Numbered from the stretch's first letter, positions 25,387-34,149 are shown. The stretch is DNA of 64,000 nucleotides from an uncultured Microthrixaceae bacterium (GCA_964635055.1 CAZWMT010000006.1:70896-134895), one strand, 5' to 3'. Notes: generated from the letters alone by a model not told the origin. Numbers and translations: made by a program.

Positions 25387-27123
25387 TCAGCGCTGGCCGC
25401 GCACGAGGCGGCCGGGACGGGCGCCCGTGTCGACGTCGTTGCGGCGGGTGACGGCACCGGCCACCACGGTGGCGGTGTAGCCGGACGCCTCCTGCAGCAG
25501 GCGCCGCCCGCCGCCGGGGAGGTCGTGGGCGAGCCGGGGTGAGCGCAGGGTGAGCGCGGCGTGGTCGATCACGTTGAGGTCGGCCCGTTGGCCGACCTCC
25601 ACCGTGCCCCGGTCGCCGAGGCCGTAGAGCTGGGCGGTGCGCTGGGTCTGCATCTGGATCACGCTCTCCAGCGACAACTGCGGCCCGCGGCTGCGGTCAC
25701 GGGCCCAGTGGGTCAGACCGTAGGTGGGGAGTGAGGCGTCGCAGATCATCCCGCAGTGGGCGCCCCCGTCCCCGAGCCCGAGCGCGGCCCGGGGATGGGT
25801 CATCTGCTCGCGGAGCACGTCGTGGTTGCCGTGGGTGTAGTTGAACAGCGGCAACATGAGCAGGGCCCGGCCCTCGTCCTCGCAGAGGAGGTCGTAGACC
25901 ATCTCGTCGGCGCTGACCCCGGCGGCCTCGGCCAGCGCCGCCGCCGACTGGTCAGGGGTGGGCTCGTACTCGGGTGGGTCGCCCATGACGAACAGCTTCT
26001 GGGGAATCGTGCGCAGGAAGGACGGGAGGCCGGCCCAGAGGCTGCCGTCGCCCGGCGCGTCCTCCTCGGTGAGGATGGCGGCGCGGACCTTCGGCTCGCG
26101 CAGTCGGCGCACGCGCTCGTCGAGGGGCAGGCCGGCGAGGGTCAGGTACGACGGTCGCAGCGCGAACGGGTGATGGGTCTGGAACCCGATCAGCATCCCG
26201 AACGGCCGGTTGGCGATCTGGGGGTAGATCTCGGCGCCCTCGTCGAGCGCCGTCATCGACTCCTCCATCTGCATCTTCCAGAGGTCCGGGGCGAGGTCGA
26301 CCTGCAGGACGATGAAGGTGACCGGGCGTTCGATCTCGGCGGACAGGCGGCGCATCCAGCTCATCTCCGCCGCGGCCGGCGAGAGATCGAGGCCGTCGAC
26401 ACCGGCGGGGGCGAGCTCGAAGATGGAGGCGCCGCCGCGGGCCATCGCCCGGCCGATGCCGAACAGCTCCTCTTCGGCGGCGTACGTGCCCGGGACGGGC
26501 TCGCCGTCGATGGCCCGGTGGGCGATGGTGCGCGAGGTGGAGAAGCCGAGGGCGCCGGCCTCCACCGCCTCCTGCACGATGTCGGCCATGGCCGCGATGT
26601 CCTCGGGGGTGGCAGGCTCGTTGCGGGCGCCGCGCTCGCCCATCACGTAGCCGCGCACGGCCCCGTGGGGGATCTGGGTGCCGATGTCGACCGCGAAGTG
26701 CCGGGCGTCGAGGGTGTCGAGGTACTCGGGGAAGGTCTCCCAGCCCCACGTCATCCCTTCCGCCAACGCAGTGCCGGGGATGTCCTCCACGCCCTCCATG
26801 AGCTGGATGAGCCACTCCTCCTGGCCGGGGTGGACGGGGGCGAAGCCGACGCCGCAGTTGCCCATGACGAGGGTGGTGACGCCGTGGCCCGCCGAGGGGT
26901 CGAGCGAGGTGTCCCAGGTGGCCTGGCCGTCGTAGTGGGTGTGGATGTCCACGAACCCCGGCGTGACCAGTTGGTCGGTGGCGTCGATGGTCTCGGCCGC
27001 CTCGGCCTCGATGGACGGAGCCACCTCCGTCACCAGGCCGTCCTTGACGCCGACGTCGGCGCGGCGGGCGTCTGCCCCCGTGCCGTCCACCAGCGTTCCC
27101 CCCGTGATGATCATGTCGAACAT
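25387..27123 (-). CDS. N-acyl-D-amino-acid deacylase (D-aminoacylase) family amidohydrolase
   Basis: 'MFDMIITGGTLVDGTG', 'TPGFVDIHTHYDGQATWD', 'GNCGVGFAP'. A strong SD (GAAGGAGGG) lies 11 nt upstream of the ATG. Confidence 0.85.
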   Translation of the reverse strand: MFDMIITGGTLVDGTGADARRADVGVKDGLVTEVAPSIEAEAAETIDATDQLVTPGFVDIHTHYDGQATWDTSLDPSAGHGVTTLVMGNCGVGFAPVHPGQEEWLIQLMEGVEDIPGTALAEGMTWGWETFPEYLDTLDARHFAVDIGTQIPHGAVRGYVMGERGARNEPATPEDIAAMADIVQEAVEAGALGFSTSRTIAHRAIDGEPVPGTYAAEEELFGIGRAMARGGASIFELAPAGVDGLDLSPAAAEMSWMRRLSAEIERPVTFIVLQVDLAPDLWKMQMEESMTALDEGAEIYPQIANRPFGMLIGFQTHHPFALRPSYLTLAGLPLDERVRRLREPKVRAAILTEEDAPGDGSLWAGLPSFLRTIPQKLFVMGDPPEYEPTPDQSAAALAEAAGVSADEMVYDLLCEDEGRALLMLPLFNYTHGNHDVLREQMTHPRAALGLGDGGAHCGMICDASLPTYGLTHWARDRSRGPQLSLESVIQMQTQRTAQLYGLGDRGTVEVGQRADLNVIDHAALTLRSPRLAHDLPGGGRRLLQEASGYTATVVAGAVTRRNDVDTGARPGRLVRGQR

Positions 27124-27126
27124 GTC

Positions 27127-27269
27127 GCTCTGTCCCTCCTTCGTCGGGACGGCTTCGCCATCCGGTTCGTCCTCGGTGCTGCTCCACTCCGTTGCGCAGC
27201 GTCGGTCCTGCGTCGGGACGGCTTCGCCATCCGGTTCGTCGGTGCTGCTCCACTCCGTTGCGCAGCGTC
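27127..27269. repeat. Family-B element, two tandem copies (B1, B2), supplying the 5' leader/SD of the D-aminoacylase gene
   Basis: Units 27141-27203 and 27211-27269 (CGGGACGGCTTCGCCATCCGGTTCGTC..GGTGCTGCTCCACTCCGTTGCGCAGCGTC). 27127-27169 is the reverse complement of 30744-30786, identical over 43 nt. Confidence 0.9.
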
Positions 27270-27305
27270 ACCGCCGCCGGGTGCTTCCCCCGTGACCCCA
27301 GTCTC

Positions 27306-27782
27306 TCAGGTGGTGGGGCCCGTGGGGTCCTCGGGGGTGTGGTCGATGCCCGTGGTCGAGTAGCCGTCCATGATGTGCTCCATCCACCACACCGGCGCGG
27401 CGTCGAGCAGCCCTTGGAGGTCGGGGTAGTCCCACCAGCGGGTGAGGCGGCCCTCGAAGTCGATCTCGTGCACCGAGACGAAGCGCACCGTGAAGGTCTC
27501 GCCGGTGTGCCAGTGCCACTCCTCGGCGTGCTCGGTCATCACGCACTGCTCGTCGGCGACGATGCGCCCGGGGTGGTGGAGGATGTCCTCCAGGGGCTCG
27601 AGGCCGAGGCGCAGACGCGCGGCGATCTGTGCCGGGCCGATGGCCACGTCCTCGTCGGGCGTGAACACGTCGGTGTACTGCCCGTCCGGCGTGAAGTACG
27701 CGCCCACCGCCTCGAAGTCGCGCCGGTAGAGGTCCTGCCAGAAGCGCTCGATCAGTTCCCTGTTGGCGTCGGCTGTCCGCAT
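27306..27782 (-). CDS. SnoaL/NTF2-like (limonene-1,2-epoxide-hydrolase-like) protein
   Basis: 'NRELIERFWQDLYRRDFEAVGAYFTPDGQYTD'. Size is 158 aa. Fold call is from memory. Confidence 0.7.
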   Translation of the reverse strand: MRTADANRELIERFWQDLYRRDFEAVGAYFTPDGQYTDVFTPDEDVAIGPAQIAARLRLGLEPLEDILHHPGRIVADEQCVMTEHAEEWHWHTGETFTVRFVSVHEIDFEGRLTRWWDYPDLQGLLDAAPVWWMEHIMDGYSTTGIDHTPEDPTGPTT

Positions 27783-27814
27783 GCCGCGACGTTAAGGCGT
27801 CCACGGCTGGGTCG

Positions 27815-27870
27815 GGAACTGGCTCCCGATTCGACGGTCCTGGCGGTCGAATCGGGAGCCAGGACGGATC
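27815..27870. repeat. Family-A palindromic element (A3)
   Basis: GGAACTGGCTCCCGATTCGAC-ggtcctggcg-GTCGAATCGGGAGCCAGGACGGATC. The 17-bp stem is perfect. It lies in the divergent region between 27782 (-) and 28016 (+). Confidence 0.9.
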
Positions 27871-28015
27871 TGCGGACGGCCACGCCGCGCGGTCCCTCGG
27901 CTCAGGGGTCCCGACCCGCCCTGGCGCCAGGAAGTGACTTTGCGCCCTAGGCCCACGAGGCGGACCGGTCGATCATGGGTACGGGCGGCCCGCAGTCACC
28001 CATGAGGAGCGAACG

Positions 28016-30553
28016 ATGCGAGCGATCCGGATCTCGACCTCGGTGGTGGCGACGACGGCGCTCGTCGCCCTGCTCACGTTGGCCTCGGGCCCTGCCGTGG
28101 CCGCACCGGCGCGGGCCCACATCGTCACCGCGTCGCCGGAGGTGACCGTCGTGTCGGTCGCGAGCGCCGGCGATTACCGGCGGGCGCTCGCTGACCTCTC
28201 GCGCCTGGTGGGGACGGGCTCCAGTCGCATCGAGGTCACCGCCGACTTCGCCATGAGCGGCTCGGCGTGGCCCACCTACGACGGGTCCCGCTCGCTCACC
28301 GTCGACGGCAACGGCCACCGGGTGGACGGGGGCCCGGCCCTGCGCCCGTTCCTGCTGGTCGAGGGCGGTCCGGCGGTGAAGGTGCAGGACGTCACCCTCG
28401 CCGGCTTCCGCAACTCGGCGATCATCGCTACGCCCGATGTGCTCGACCGGTGGGGCCAGCTGATCGTGCGGCGCAGCCGGTTCAGCGGGAACTCGGCCTC
28501 TGGACCGGGTGGCGCGATCGCCGCGGCGTGGGTGGACGTCAACCAGAGCACGTTCGACGGCAACCACGCGACCGGTGAGGACCACTGGGGCGGCGGCGCC
28601 GTCTACGCGCAGTACTACCTGACCGCCACCCGCAGCACCTTCACCGGGAACTCGTCCGACTTCGACGCGGGCGCGCTCCAGTCGTCGGGCGACCTCTTCC
28701 TGAACGCATCGACCGTCGTCGACAACACCTCCCCGGCCACGTCCGTACACGTCGACGACACCCTCGAGTCGATGGGGTCGGTCGTCGCCAACACCCTCGG
28801 CGGTGGTGAGGGCTGCGCGGTCGGAACCACCAATGACCACGGCAGCTTCTCGTCCGACGCATCGTGCGGCTTCGACATCACCGACGCCACCGATCCCGGC
28901 CTGGCACCGCTGGCCGACAACGGCGGCGCCACGCCCACCCGCATGCCTGGCGAGGACTCGCCCCTCGTCGATGCCGGGCCCGGCGGTGACCCGCTGTCCG
29001 ACCTGTTCTGCTACCCGACCGACCAGCGTGGGGTGCGCCGCCCGGTGGGCGGGGCGTGCGACCTCGGTGCGGTCGAGCGGGGCTGGGGCCAAGTGGTGAC
29101 GACCGGTGCCGACGCCGGGCCGGGCTCGTACCGCCAAGCCGTCGTCGACGCGTCGGCCGCGACCCTGCCGGTGCGCATCGACCTCGACCAGCAGCAGGTG
29201 TCACTCACCAGCGGGGACGTCGTCTACAGCGGCGTTCAACCGCTGGAGGTGCACGGCGTGCCGGGCGCGGGGATCGACGGTGGCGGTGCCGGTCAGATCC
29301 TGCGGGCCACGGTCTCGCCGTCGGTCTCGGTGGTGGACCTGGTCCTGCAGCACGGGGCGTCGGACGACTCGGGCGGCGCGGTCGAGGTCGAGGCCACCGG
29401 CGGGGACCTGACGATCGAGCGCTCCGCCCTCCTCGACAACTCGGCCGACGTGTACGGGGGCGCGGCCGGCTCGCAGGGCACCCTGGTGGTGCGCAACTCG
29501 ACGGTGTCGGGCAACGAGGCCGGCATCGGCGGCGGCGGGGTCGCCGCCGCGGGGGTGCTCACCCTCGAGCACGCCACGGTCACCGACAACACCTCGGGCG
29601 TGGGGGCCAACGCTGCGGGCTTCTCGGCCATCCACTCCTTCGGCTCCGTCCTCGCCGAACCGCACGGCCCGTCGAACTGCTCGTTCTCCGGGGCCACCGT
29701 GTCGGAGGGTCACAACTACTCGACCGACACCACCTGCAACCCGGGCACCGGCACCGACGTGGCCAGCGGTGCCGATCCCCGCCTCGGACCGGCGCGCGAC
29801 AACGGGCGGGCGACCCCCACACGTTTCCCGCTGGCGGGATCACCGCTCGTCGACGCCATCCCCGTCGAGGACTGCCGGGCGCCGTTCGACCAGCGTCAGG
29901 TCGACCGCCCGTTCCCGGTCGAGGGCCCGTGCGACATCGGTGCCATCGAGGGCGTGTACCCGGGCCACCACTTCACCGACGTCCCGGACAAGTACGACGC
30001 CGCCGTGCGCTGGATCTCGAGCGACGTCAACGATCCCGCGCTGATGACCCCCTACGCCGGCGGGGCGTTCCTCCCGAGGCTCAGCCTGACCCGCGGCAAG
30101 CTGGCGCTCACGCTCTACCGCCAGGCCGGTACGCCCGACGTGTCGTCGTTGCCGCCCGTCGCCTTCACCGACGTGCCCGCCGCGCAACGAGACGCCGTGC
30201 GGTGGGCGGTCGGCACCGGCATCCTCGCCGGGCGCACGCCGACCCGCTTCGGGACCGGCGACCCCAGCACACGTGTCCAGGTGGCCGGTGCCCTCTACCG
30301 TGCCGCCGGGTCACAGGACGTCACCCCGTTCCCGTTCCACGGGCTCGATGACGTCCCCGCATGGGCCGACGACGCGGTCACGTGGGCCGTGCACCACGGG
30401 ATCATGGTCGGGTCCGGAGGGTCGTTCCACTCCCGGGAGCCGGTCACCCGCGGCCAGTTCGCCCGATCCGACTACCGGATGGTCATCGACCCGGGAGCCT
30501 GGGCCGACCCGTCGGCGGCGCCGTCGACGGTGCCGTTCCGCCCCTCACCCTGA
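28016..30553 (+). CDS. Secreted right-handed beta-helix (PMP/choice-of-anchor-Q-like) protein with 3 C-terminal SLH domains
   Basis: SD GAGGAG is followed by ATG 28016, then a signal peptide 'ALVALLTLASGPAVAAPA'. Beta-helix repeats ('GGAI..', 'F.GN.A') are present. The motifs 'DQRGVRRPVGGACDLGAVE' and 'DQRQVDRPFPVEGPCDIGAIE' follow. SLH units: 'FTDVPDKYDAAVRW', 'FTDVPAAQRDAVRW', 'LDDVPAWADDAVTW'. Confidence 0.75.
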   Translation: MRAIRISTSVVATTALVALLTLASGPAVAAPARAHIVTASPEVTVVSVASAGDYRRALADLSRLVGTGSSRIEVTADFAMSGSAWPTYDGSRSLTVDGNGHRVDGGPALRPFLLVEGGPAVKVQDVTLAGFRNSAIIATPDVLDRWGQLIVRRSRFSGNSASGPGGAIAAAWVDVNQSTFDGNHATGEDHWGGGAVYAQYYLTATRSTFTGNSSDFDAGALQSSGDLFLNASTVVDNTSPATSVHVDDTLESMGSVVANTLGGGEGCAVGTTNDHGSFSSDASCGFDITDATDPGLAPLADNGGATPTRMPGEDSPLVDAGPGGDPLSDLFCYPTDQRGVRRPVGGACDLGAVERGWGQVVTTGADAGPGSYRQAVVDASAATLPVRIDLDQQQVSLTSGDVVYSGVQPLEVHGVPGAGIDGGGAGQILRATVSPSVSVVDLVLQHGASDDSGGAVEVEATGGDLTIERSALLDNSADVYGGAAGSQGTLVVRNSTVSGNEAGIGGGGVAAAGVLTLEHATVTDNTSGVGANAAGFSAIHSFGSVLAEPHGPSNCSFSGATVSEGHNYSTDTTCNPGTGTDVASGADPRLGPARDNGRATPTRFPLAGSPLVDAIPVEDCRAPFDQRQVDRPFPVEGPCDIGAIEGVYPGHHFTDVPDKYDAAVRWISSDVNDPALMTPYAGGAFLPRLSLTRGKLALTLYRQAGTPDVSSLPPVAFTDVPAAQRDAVRWAVGTGILAGRTPTRFGTGDPSTRVQVAGALYRAAGSQDVTPFPFHGLDDVPAWADDAVTWAVHHGIMVGSGGSFHSREPVTRGQFARSDYRMVIDPGAWADPSAAPSTVPFRPSP

Positions 30554-30579
30554 CGGGCCGCGCGGACCGGCTGTCAGCA

Positions 30580-30635
30580 GATCCGTTCTGGCTCCCGATT
30601 CGACCGCCAGGACGGTCGAATCGGGAGCCAGTTCC
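30580..30635. repeat. Family-A palindromic element (A4), inverted relative to A3/A5
   Basis: The reverse complement matches A3 at all but about 4 positions over about 66 nt, flanks included. It starts 27 nt after the stop at 30553. Confidence 0.9.
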
Positions 30636-30710
30636 CGATCTGTCCGCTCGACCCGTCCTGGGTCGTGGGAGGGTGGTGGTGATCGGCGGGGTGGGGCGTG
30701 GGGACGTGGG

Positions 30711-30786
30711 AGGCTGCGCAGCGGAGCGGAGCAGCGGCGCCGTCGAACCGGATGGCGAAGCCGTCCCGACGAAGGAGGGACAGAGC
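30711..30786. repeat. Family-B element (B3), inverted relative to B1/B2, supplying the 5' leader/SD of the downstream gene
   Basis: GCTGCGCAGCGGAGCGGAGCAGCGGCGCCGTCGAACCGGATGGCGAAGCCGTCCCGACGAAGGAGGGACAGAGC, followed directly by agcATG (30790). Confidence 0.9.
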
Positions 30787-30789
30787 AGC

Positions 30790-31509
30790 ATGGAGAAGCT
30801 GATGTACGTGGTGCGGGACCCGGCACGGGGGAGTGGTGACGGACTGCGCGACGCGCTGATCGGGGCCACCGACCGTTTCGTCGCCGCGGGCGCACGGGCG
30901 CTGACCGTCGACGCCGACGACTCGGCGTCGGACGTGGCGCCACCCCTGCCGCCCCCCGAGGACGAGCCGAGCTTCCGAGCGCTCGTGTCGGTGTGGCTCG
31001 CGAGCTACGAGCGGCGGGGCCCGATCGAGGCGCTGCTCGACGAGCTGGTGCCCGACTACGACGGCTACCTGGTGGTCGAGTCGCTCTACACCGACTACGG
31101 CGAGAACGCCCACGCCGCGCCCCGCGACTGGCCCGACGGCCGGCGCTCGCCCGGCCTGCTCACCGTGACCCTGCTGCAGAAGCCCGATGCCCTGTCGTAC
31201 GAGGAGTGGATCGACCACTGGCACGGGCACCAGTCACCCATGTCCGAGGCCATGCAGCCCCGCTCCCGCTACGTGCGCAACGAGGTGGTGCGGGGCGTGA
31301 CCCACGACGCCCCGCCGTGGCGGGCCATCGTCGAGGAGGCGTGGCCCAGCCCGGAGCACATCACCGACCCGTTCCTCTTCTACTCCGCCTCCTCGCAGGA
31401 CGAGCTGAACGCCAACCTGGCCACGATGCTCGACAGCGTCAACACCCTGACCGACCTGTCCACCCTGCGGGTCGCCACGATGAGCGAGTACCTCCTCCGC
31501 TCGCTGTGA
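30790..31509 (+). CDS. Hypothetical protein, possibly EthD-like dimeric alpha/beta-barrel
   Basis: ATG 30790 follows a strong SD. Codon bias is high. 'MEKLMYVVRDP...' and 'LLTVTLLQKPDALSYEEWIDHWHGHQSP' resemble EthD-type halves. The function call is weak. Confidence 0.6.
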   Translation: MEKLMYVVRDPARGSGDGLRDALIGATDRFVAAGARALTVDADDSASDVAPPLPPPEDEPSFRALVSVWLASYERRGPIEALLDELVPDYDGYLVVESLYTDYGENAHAAPRDWPDGRRSPGLLTVTLLQKPDALSYEEWIDHWHGHQSPMSEAMQPRSRYVRNEVVRGVTHDAPPWRAIVEEAWPSPEHITDPFLFYSASSQDELNANLATMLDSVNTLTDLSTLRVATMSEYLLRSL

Positions 31510-31526
31510 GTCGAGCCGAGCCGAGC

Positions 31527-32372
31527 TCAGTCGCTCACGGCGTCGAGCCATGCGACCGCGGCGTCGAGGTGGTGGTGGATCCGGTCGTGGCCGCCTCCGG
31601 CGCTGGCGCGCGCCGCTGCCGCCAGGGCGTGGGCCACGTCCGGGCGGGCCGCCAACACGCCAAGGGGCACCACCTGCACGCGGATGGTGAACAGCACCGC
31701 GCCCGAGCGGGGAAGGCGTCGCAGGGTCTGGCGCTCGCTGCGCAGCCACAGCCGGTCGCCGGCGCTCGCGGGGGTCACCCCGGCGGCGGGTGGCGGGTGC
31801 TCGGGGGCGAACAGCGTGGGGTGGTCGTGCACGCCCCAGTTGCGGCGCACGACGATGCGGCCCTCGGGGAGGCGCTCGAGGAAGCGGTCCACCTTGGTCG
31901 ACAGCTCGGTGGCGTAGTGGGGGACGGGGCCGTGGATGGCCGCCGCCGAGCCGCCGATCTTGTCGGCCAGGCGCCAGTGCGACGGGAAGCTGAGCGACGC
32001 GGCCACGAGCCGGGACGCCCCGTCGCGCTCCGCCATCAGGCACAGGTCCTCCTGCACCAACAGCCCCGCGGCCTCGAGCGGGTGCCGGTCGGGGTCCACC
32101 GCCAGGGCTGCCTGCGGGTGATGGGTCGACAGGGCACCGACGATCAGGTCGAGCGCCTCCTGCCCGGCCGCCTCGGTGCGGGCGAGGGCGGCGAACACGT
32201 CGTCGCGACGTTCGGCGAGCAGCCGGCGCTTCAGGGCCAGCTCGTCACCTCGTCGATCGTCCACCTCCAACCAACGGTCCTCGGCGATGGTGCGCAAGCC
32301 CATGTGCAGCCAGGGTGGCCCGGGCTCGAGCACCAGCTCGTCCAGCCACGCCGGCGGGGGCGTGTGCGACAC
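31527..32372 (-). CDS. DUF3445-like (heme-dependent oxidative N-demethylase family-like) protein
   Basis: 'MGLRTIAEDRWLEVDD', 'LVQEDLCLM', 'SLSFPSHWRLADKIG', 'VRRNWGV'. The GTG at 32372 is chosen; the alternative is the ATG at 32303. Family call is from memory. Confidence 0.6.
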   Translation of the reverse strand: MSHTPPPAWLDELVLEPGPPWLHMGLRTIAEDRWLEVDDRRGDELALKRRLLAERRDDVFAALARTEAAGQEALDLIVGALSTHHPQAALAVDPDRHPLEAAGLLVQEDLCLMAERDGASRLVAASLSFPSHWRLADKIGGSAAAIHGPVPHYATELSTKVDRFLERLPEGRIVVRRNWGVHDHPTLFAPEHPPPAAGVTPASAGDRLWLRSERQTLRRLPRSGAVLFTIRVQVVPLGVLAARPDVAHALAAAARASAGGGHDRIHHHLDAAVAWLDAVSD

Positions 32373-32381
32373 TGACCTGCG

Positions 32382-32822
32382 ATGGCCGAGCCGCGGGGTG
32401 TCACCGTCAACCATGTGGGGCAGTGTGTCAGCGATCTCGACCGGTCCCGGGCCTTCTACGAGGGTGTGTTCGGCTTCCGCGCGGTGCGCGAGCTGGCCGT
32501 GCCGGACGGCGCCTCGCCCCTCCTGCGGTTGACGCCGCCCGTGGGCATGACCGCCCTCTACCTCGAGCTCGACGGGTTCGTGCTCGAGCTGTTGCACTTC
32601 GCGGCGGCGGGGACCGTCGACGCACCCGAGCGGGTGATGAACCACCTGGGCCTCACCCACCTGTCCATGGGCGTGGACGACCTCGACGCCGCGCTCGGAG
32701 CGGTGCGGGCCCACGGCGGCGAGGTGCTCGACGACACCAACGTCGGGGTCGCCGCGTTCGTACGCGATCCCGACGGCCAGTTGATCGAGTTGCTCACCGT
32801 TTGGACGAAGCCGACCGGCTAG
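32382..32822 (+). CDS. VOC/glyoxalase family protein
   Basis: 'VNHVGQCVSDLDRSRAFYEGVFGF', 'GLTHLSMGVDDLDAA', 'FVRDPDGQLIELL'. Confidence 0.8.
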   Translation: MAEPRGVTVNHVGQCVSDLDRSRAFYEGVFGFRAVRELAVPDGASPLLRLTPPVGMTALYLELDGFVLELLHFAAAGTVDAPERVMNHLGLTHLSMGVDDLDAALGAVRAHGGEVLDDTNVGVAAFVRDPDGQLIELLTVWTKPTG

Positions 32823-32834
32823 CCCTGCCGGCGG

Positions 32835-33293
32835 TCAGTGGGTGAGGCCCGCCAGGGCCGACAGCGCCTTGTCGGCGTGGGTGTTCATGTTCAGCTCGCT
32901 CGACACCACCTCGAGCAGCACATGGTCGGTACCGATCACGAAGGTCGACCGCTTGTTGGGGAGCGGCCCCCGACGGGCGACGCCGTAGGCGGCGGCGACC
33001 GCACGGTCGGGGTCCGACAGGAGCGGGTACCCGAGGCCGTGCTTGTCGTCGAACTCGGCCTGCTTGTCCACCGCGTCGGCGCTGATGCCGATGCGTTGCG
33101 CTCCGGATTCCGCGAACTCGGCGTCGAGGTCGCGGAAGTGGCAGGCCTCACGAGTGCACCCGGTGGTCATCGCCTGGGGGTAGAAGAACAGCACCACCGG
33201 CCCATCGGTCAACAGTGATTCGAGCGTCAGCGTCGTGCCCGTCTGGTCGGACAACTCGAAGTCAGGGGCACGATCGCCCGGTTTCAGCGCCAT
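32835..33293 (-). CDS. bcp: Thiol peroxidase Bcp (peroxiredoxin)
   Basis: 'GDRAPDFELSDQTG', 'VVLFFYPQAMTTGCTREAC', 'GISADAVDKQAEF'. Confidence 0.9.
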   Translation of the reverse strand: MALKPGDRAPDFELSDQTGTTLTLESLLTDGPVVLFFYPQAMTTGCTREACHFRDLDAEFAESGAQRIGISADAVDKQAEFDDKHGLGYPLLSDPDRAVAAAYGVARRGPLPNKRSTFVIGTDHVLLEVVSSELNMNTHADKALSALAGLTH

Positions 33294-33369
33294 GGGTGCA
33301 GGCTACTGCCGGTTCCGGCGAGGGCTACCCGACGATGGCGCCGTTGACGCCCTCGGTACCCTGAGGGCG

Positions 33370-34149
33370 ATGTCGAAGCGGCGCCGCACCCTCGCGGTCT
33401 CTCTGGTCGGGCTCGTGCTCGCGGGGGCGACGATCGCACTCCGCTTGAGCGGCACCACCTCGGTCGAGACCTCCGCGCTGGCGCAGAGCCTGGCCGGCGT
33501 CGAGCCCGCCCCCCCGTCGTCCTCCACCACCAGCACCACCGCCGACCCTGCGACCGAAGGGTTCATGGCCGCGCACGCCGGGGTCCCGTCGGTCGCCCTC
33601 TACGACTCACCCACCGCCACCCAGCCCGTGGGGACACTGGCCAACCCGACGGCGGAGAACGTGCCCCTGGCCTTCCTGGTGCGGGCCGAGCAGGGCACCC
33701 GCTATCGCGTGGCCCTGCCCGAACGACCGAACGGCGCCGAGGCCTGGGTGGACAAGCAGGCGGTGTTCACCAACCCGGTGCCCAACCGGATCGTGGTGGA
33801 GGTGGGCGCACGCCGTCTCACCGTGTACCGCGGCCACAGTGACGAGGTCGTGATGGCCACGAACGTGGCCGTCGGCAAGGACGCCACGCCCACCCCGCTC
33901 GGCCACTTCTACGTCGACATCTCCGTGGCCCAGAACACCTACACCCCGTGGATCCTGAGCGTGGCCGGCTTCTCCGACGTGCTGCAGAGCTTCGGGGGCG
34001 GAAGGGGCCAGATCGCCATCCACGGGTGGAGCGACACGTCGGTGCTGGGCCAGAACGTCAGCAACGGCTGCGTGCGGGTGAGCTTCGACGACCTGTGGCG
34101 CCTGCGCGATCTCGCGCCCGTGGGCACCCCGGTCGACATCGTCGCGTGA
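33370..34149 (+). CDS. L,D-transpeptidase (YkuD domain), membrane-anchored
   Basis: ATG 33370 ('MSKRRRTLAVSLVGLVLAGATIAL'). Catalytic motif 'IAIHGWSDTSVLGQNVSNGCVRV'. Confidence 0.85.
   Translation: MSKRRRTLAVSLVGLVLAGATIALRLSGTTSVETSALAQSLAGVEPAPPSSSTTSTTADPATEGFMAAHAGVPSVALYDSPTATQPVGTLANPTAENVPLAFLVRAEQGTRYRVALPERPNGAEAWVDKQAVFTNPVPNRIVVEVGARRLTVYRGHSDEVVMATNVAVGKDATPTPLGHFYVDISVAQNTYTPWILSVAGFSDVLQSFGGGRGQIAIHGWSDTSVLGQNVSNGCVRVSFDDLWRLRDLAPVGTPVDIVA

Noticed and set aside
24594-25457. ATG at 25457 as the PPK2 start.
   Set aside because: It would overlap the upstream D-aminoacylase gene by 71 nt and add a Pro/Ala-rich non-conserved extension. The GTG at 25358 sits just before the conserved PPK2 core.
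30361-30789. N-terminal extensions offered by the ORF track, here and at 16246..16509, 33235..33369, 7443..8081, 38527..40047, 50626..52278 (upstream part) and 35483..37042 (upstream part).
   Set aside because: The extended parts run through intergenic repeats or the ends of neighbouring genes and translate to Arg/Pro-rich junk. Internal starts with an SD or signal peptide fit the conserved protein N-termini.
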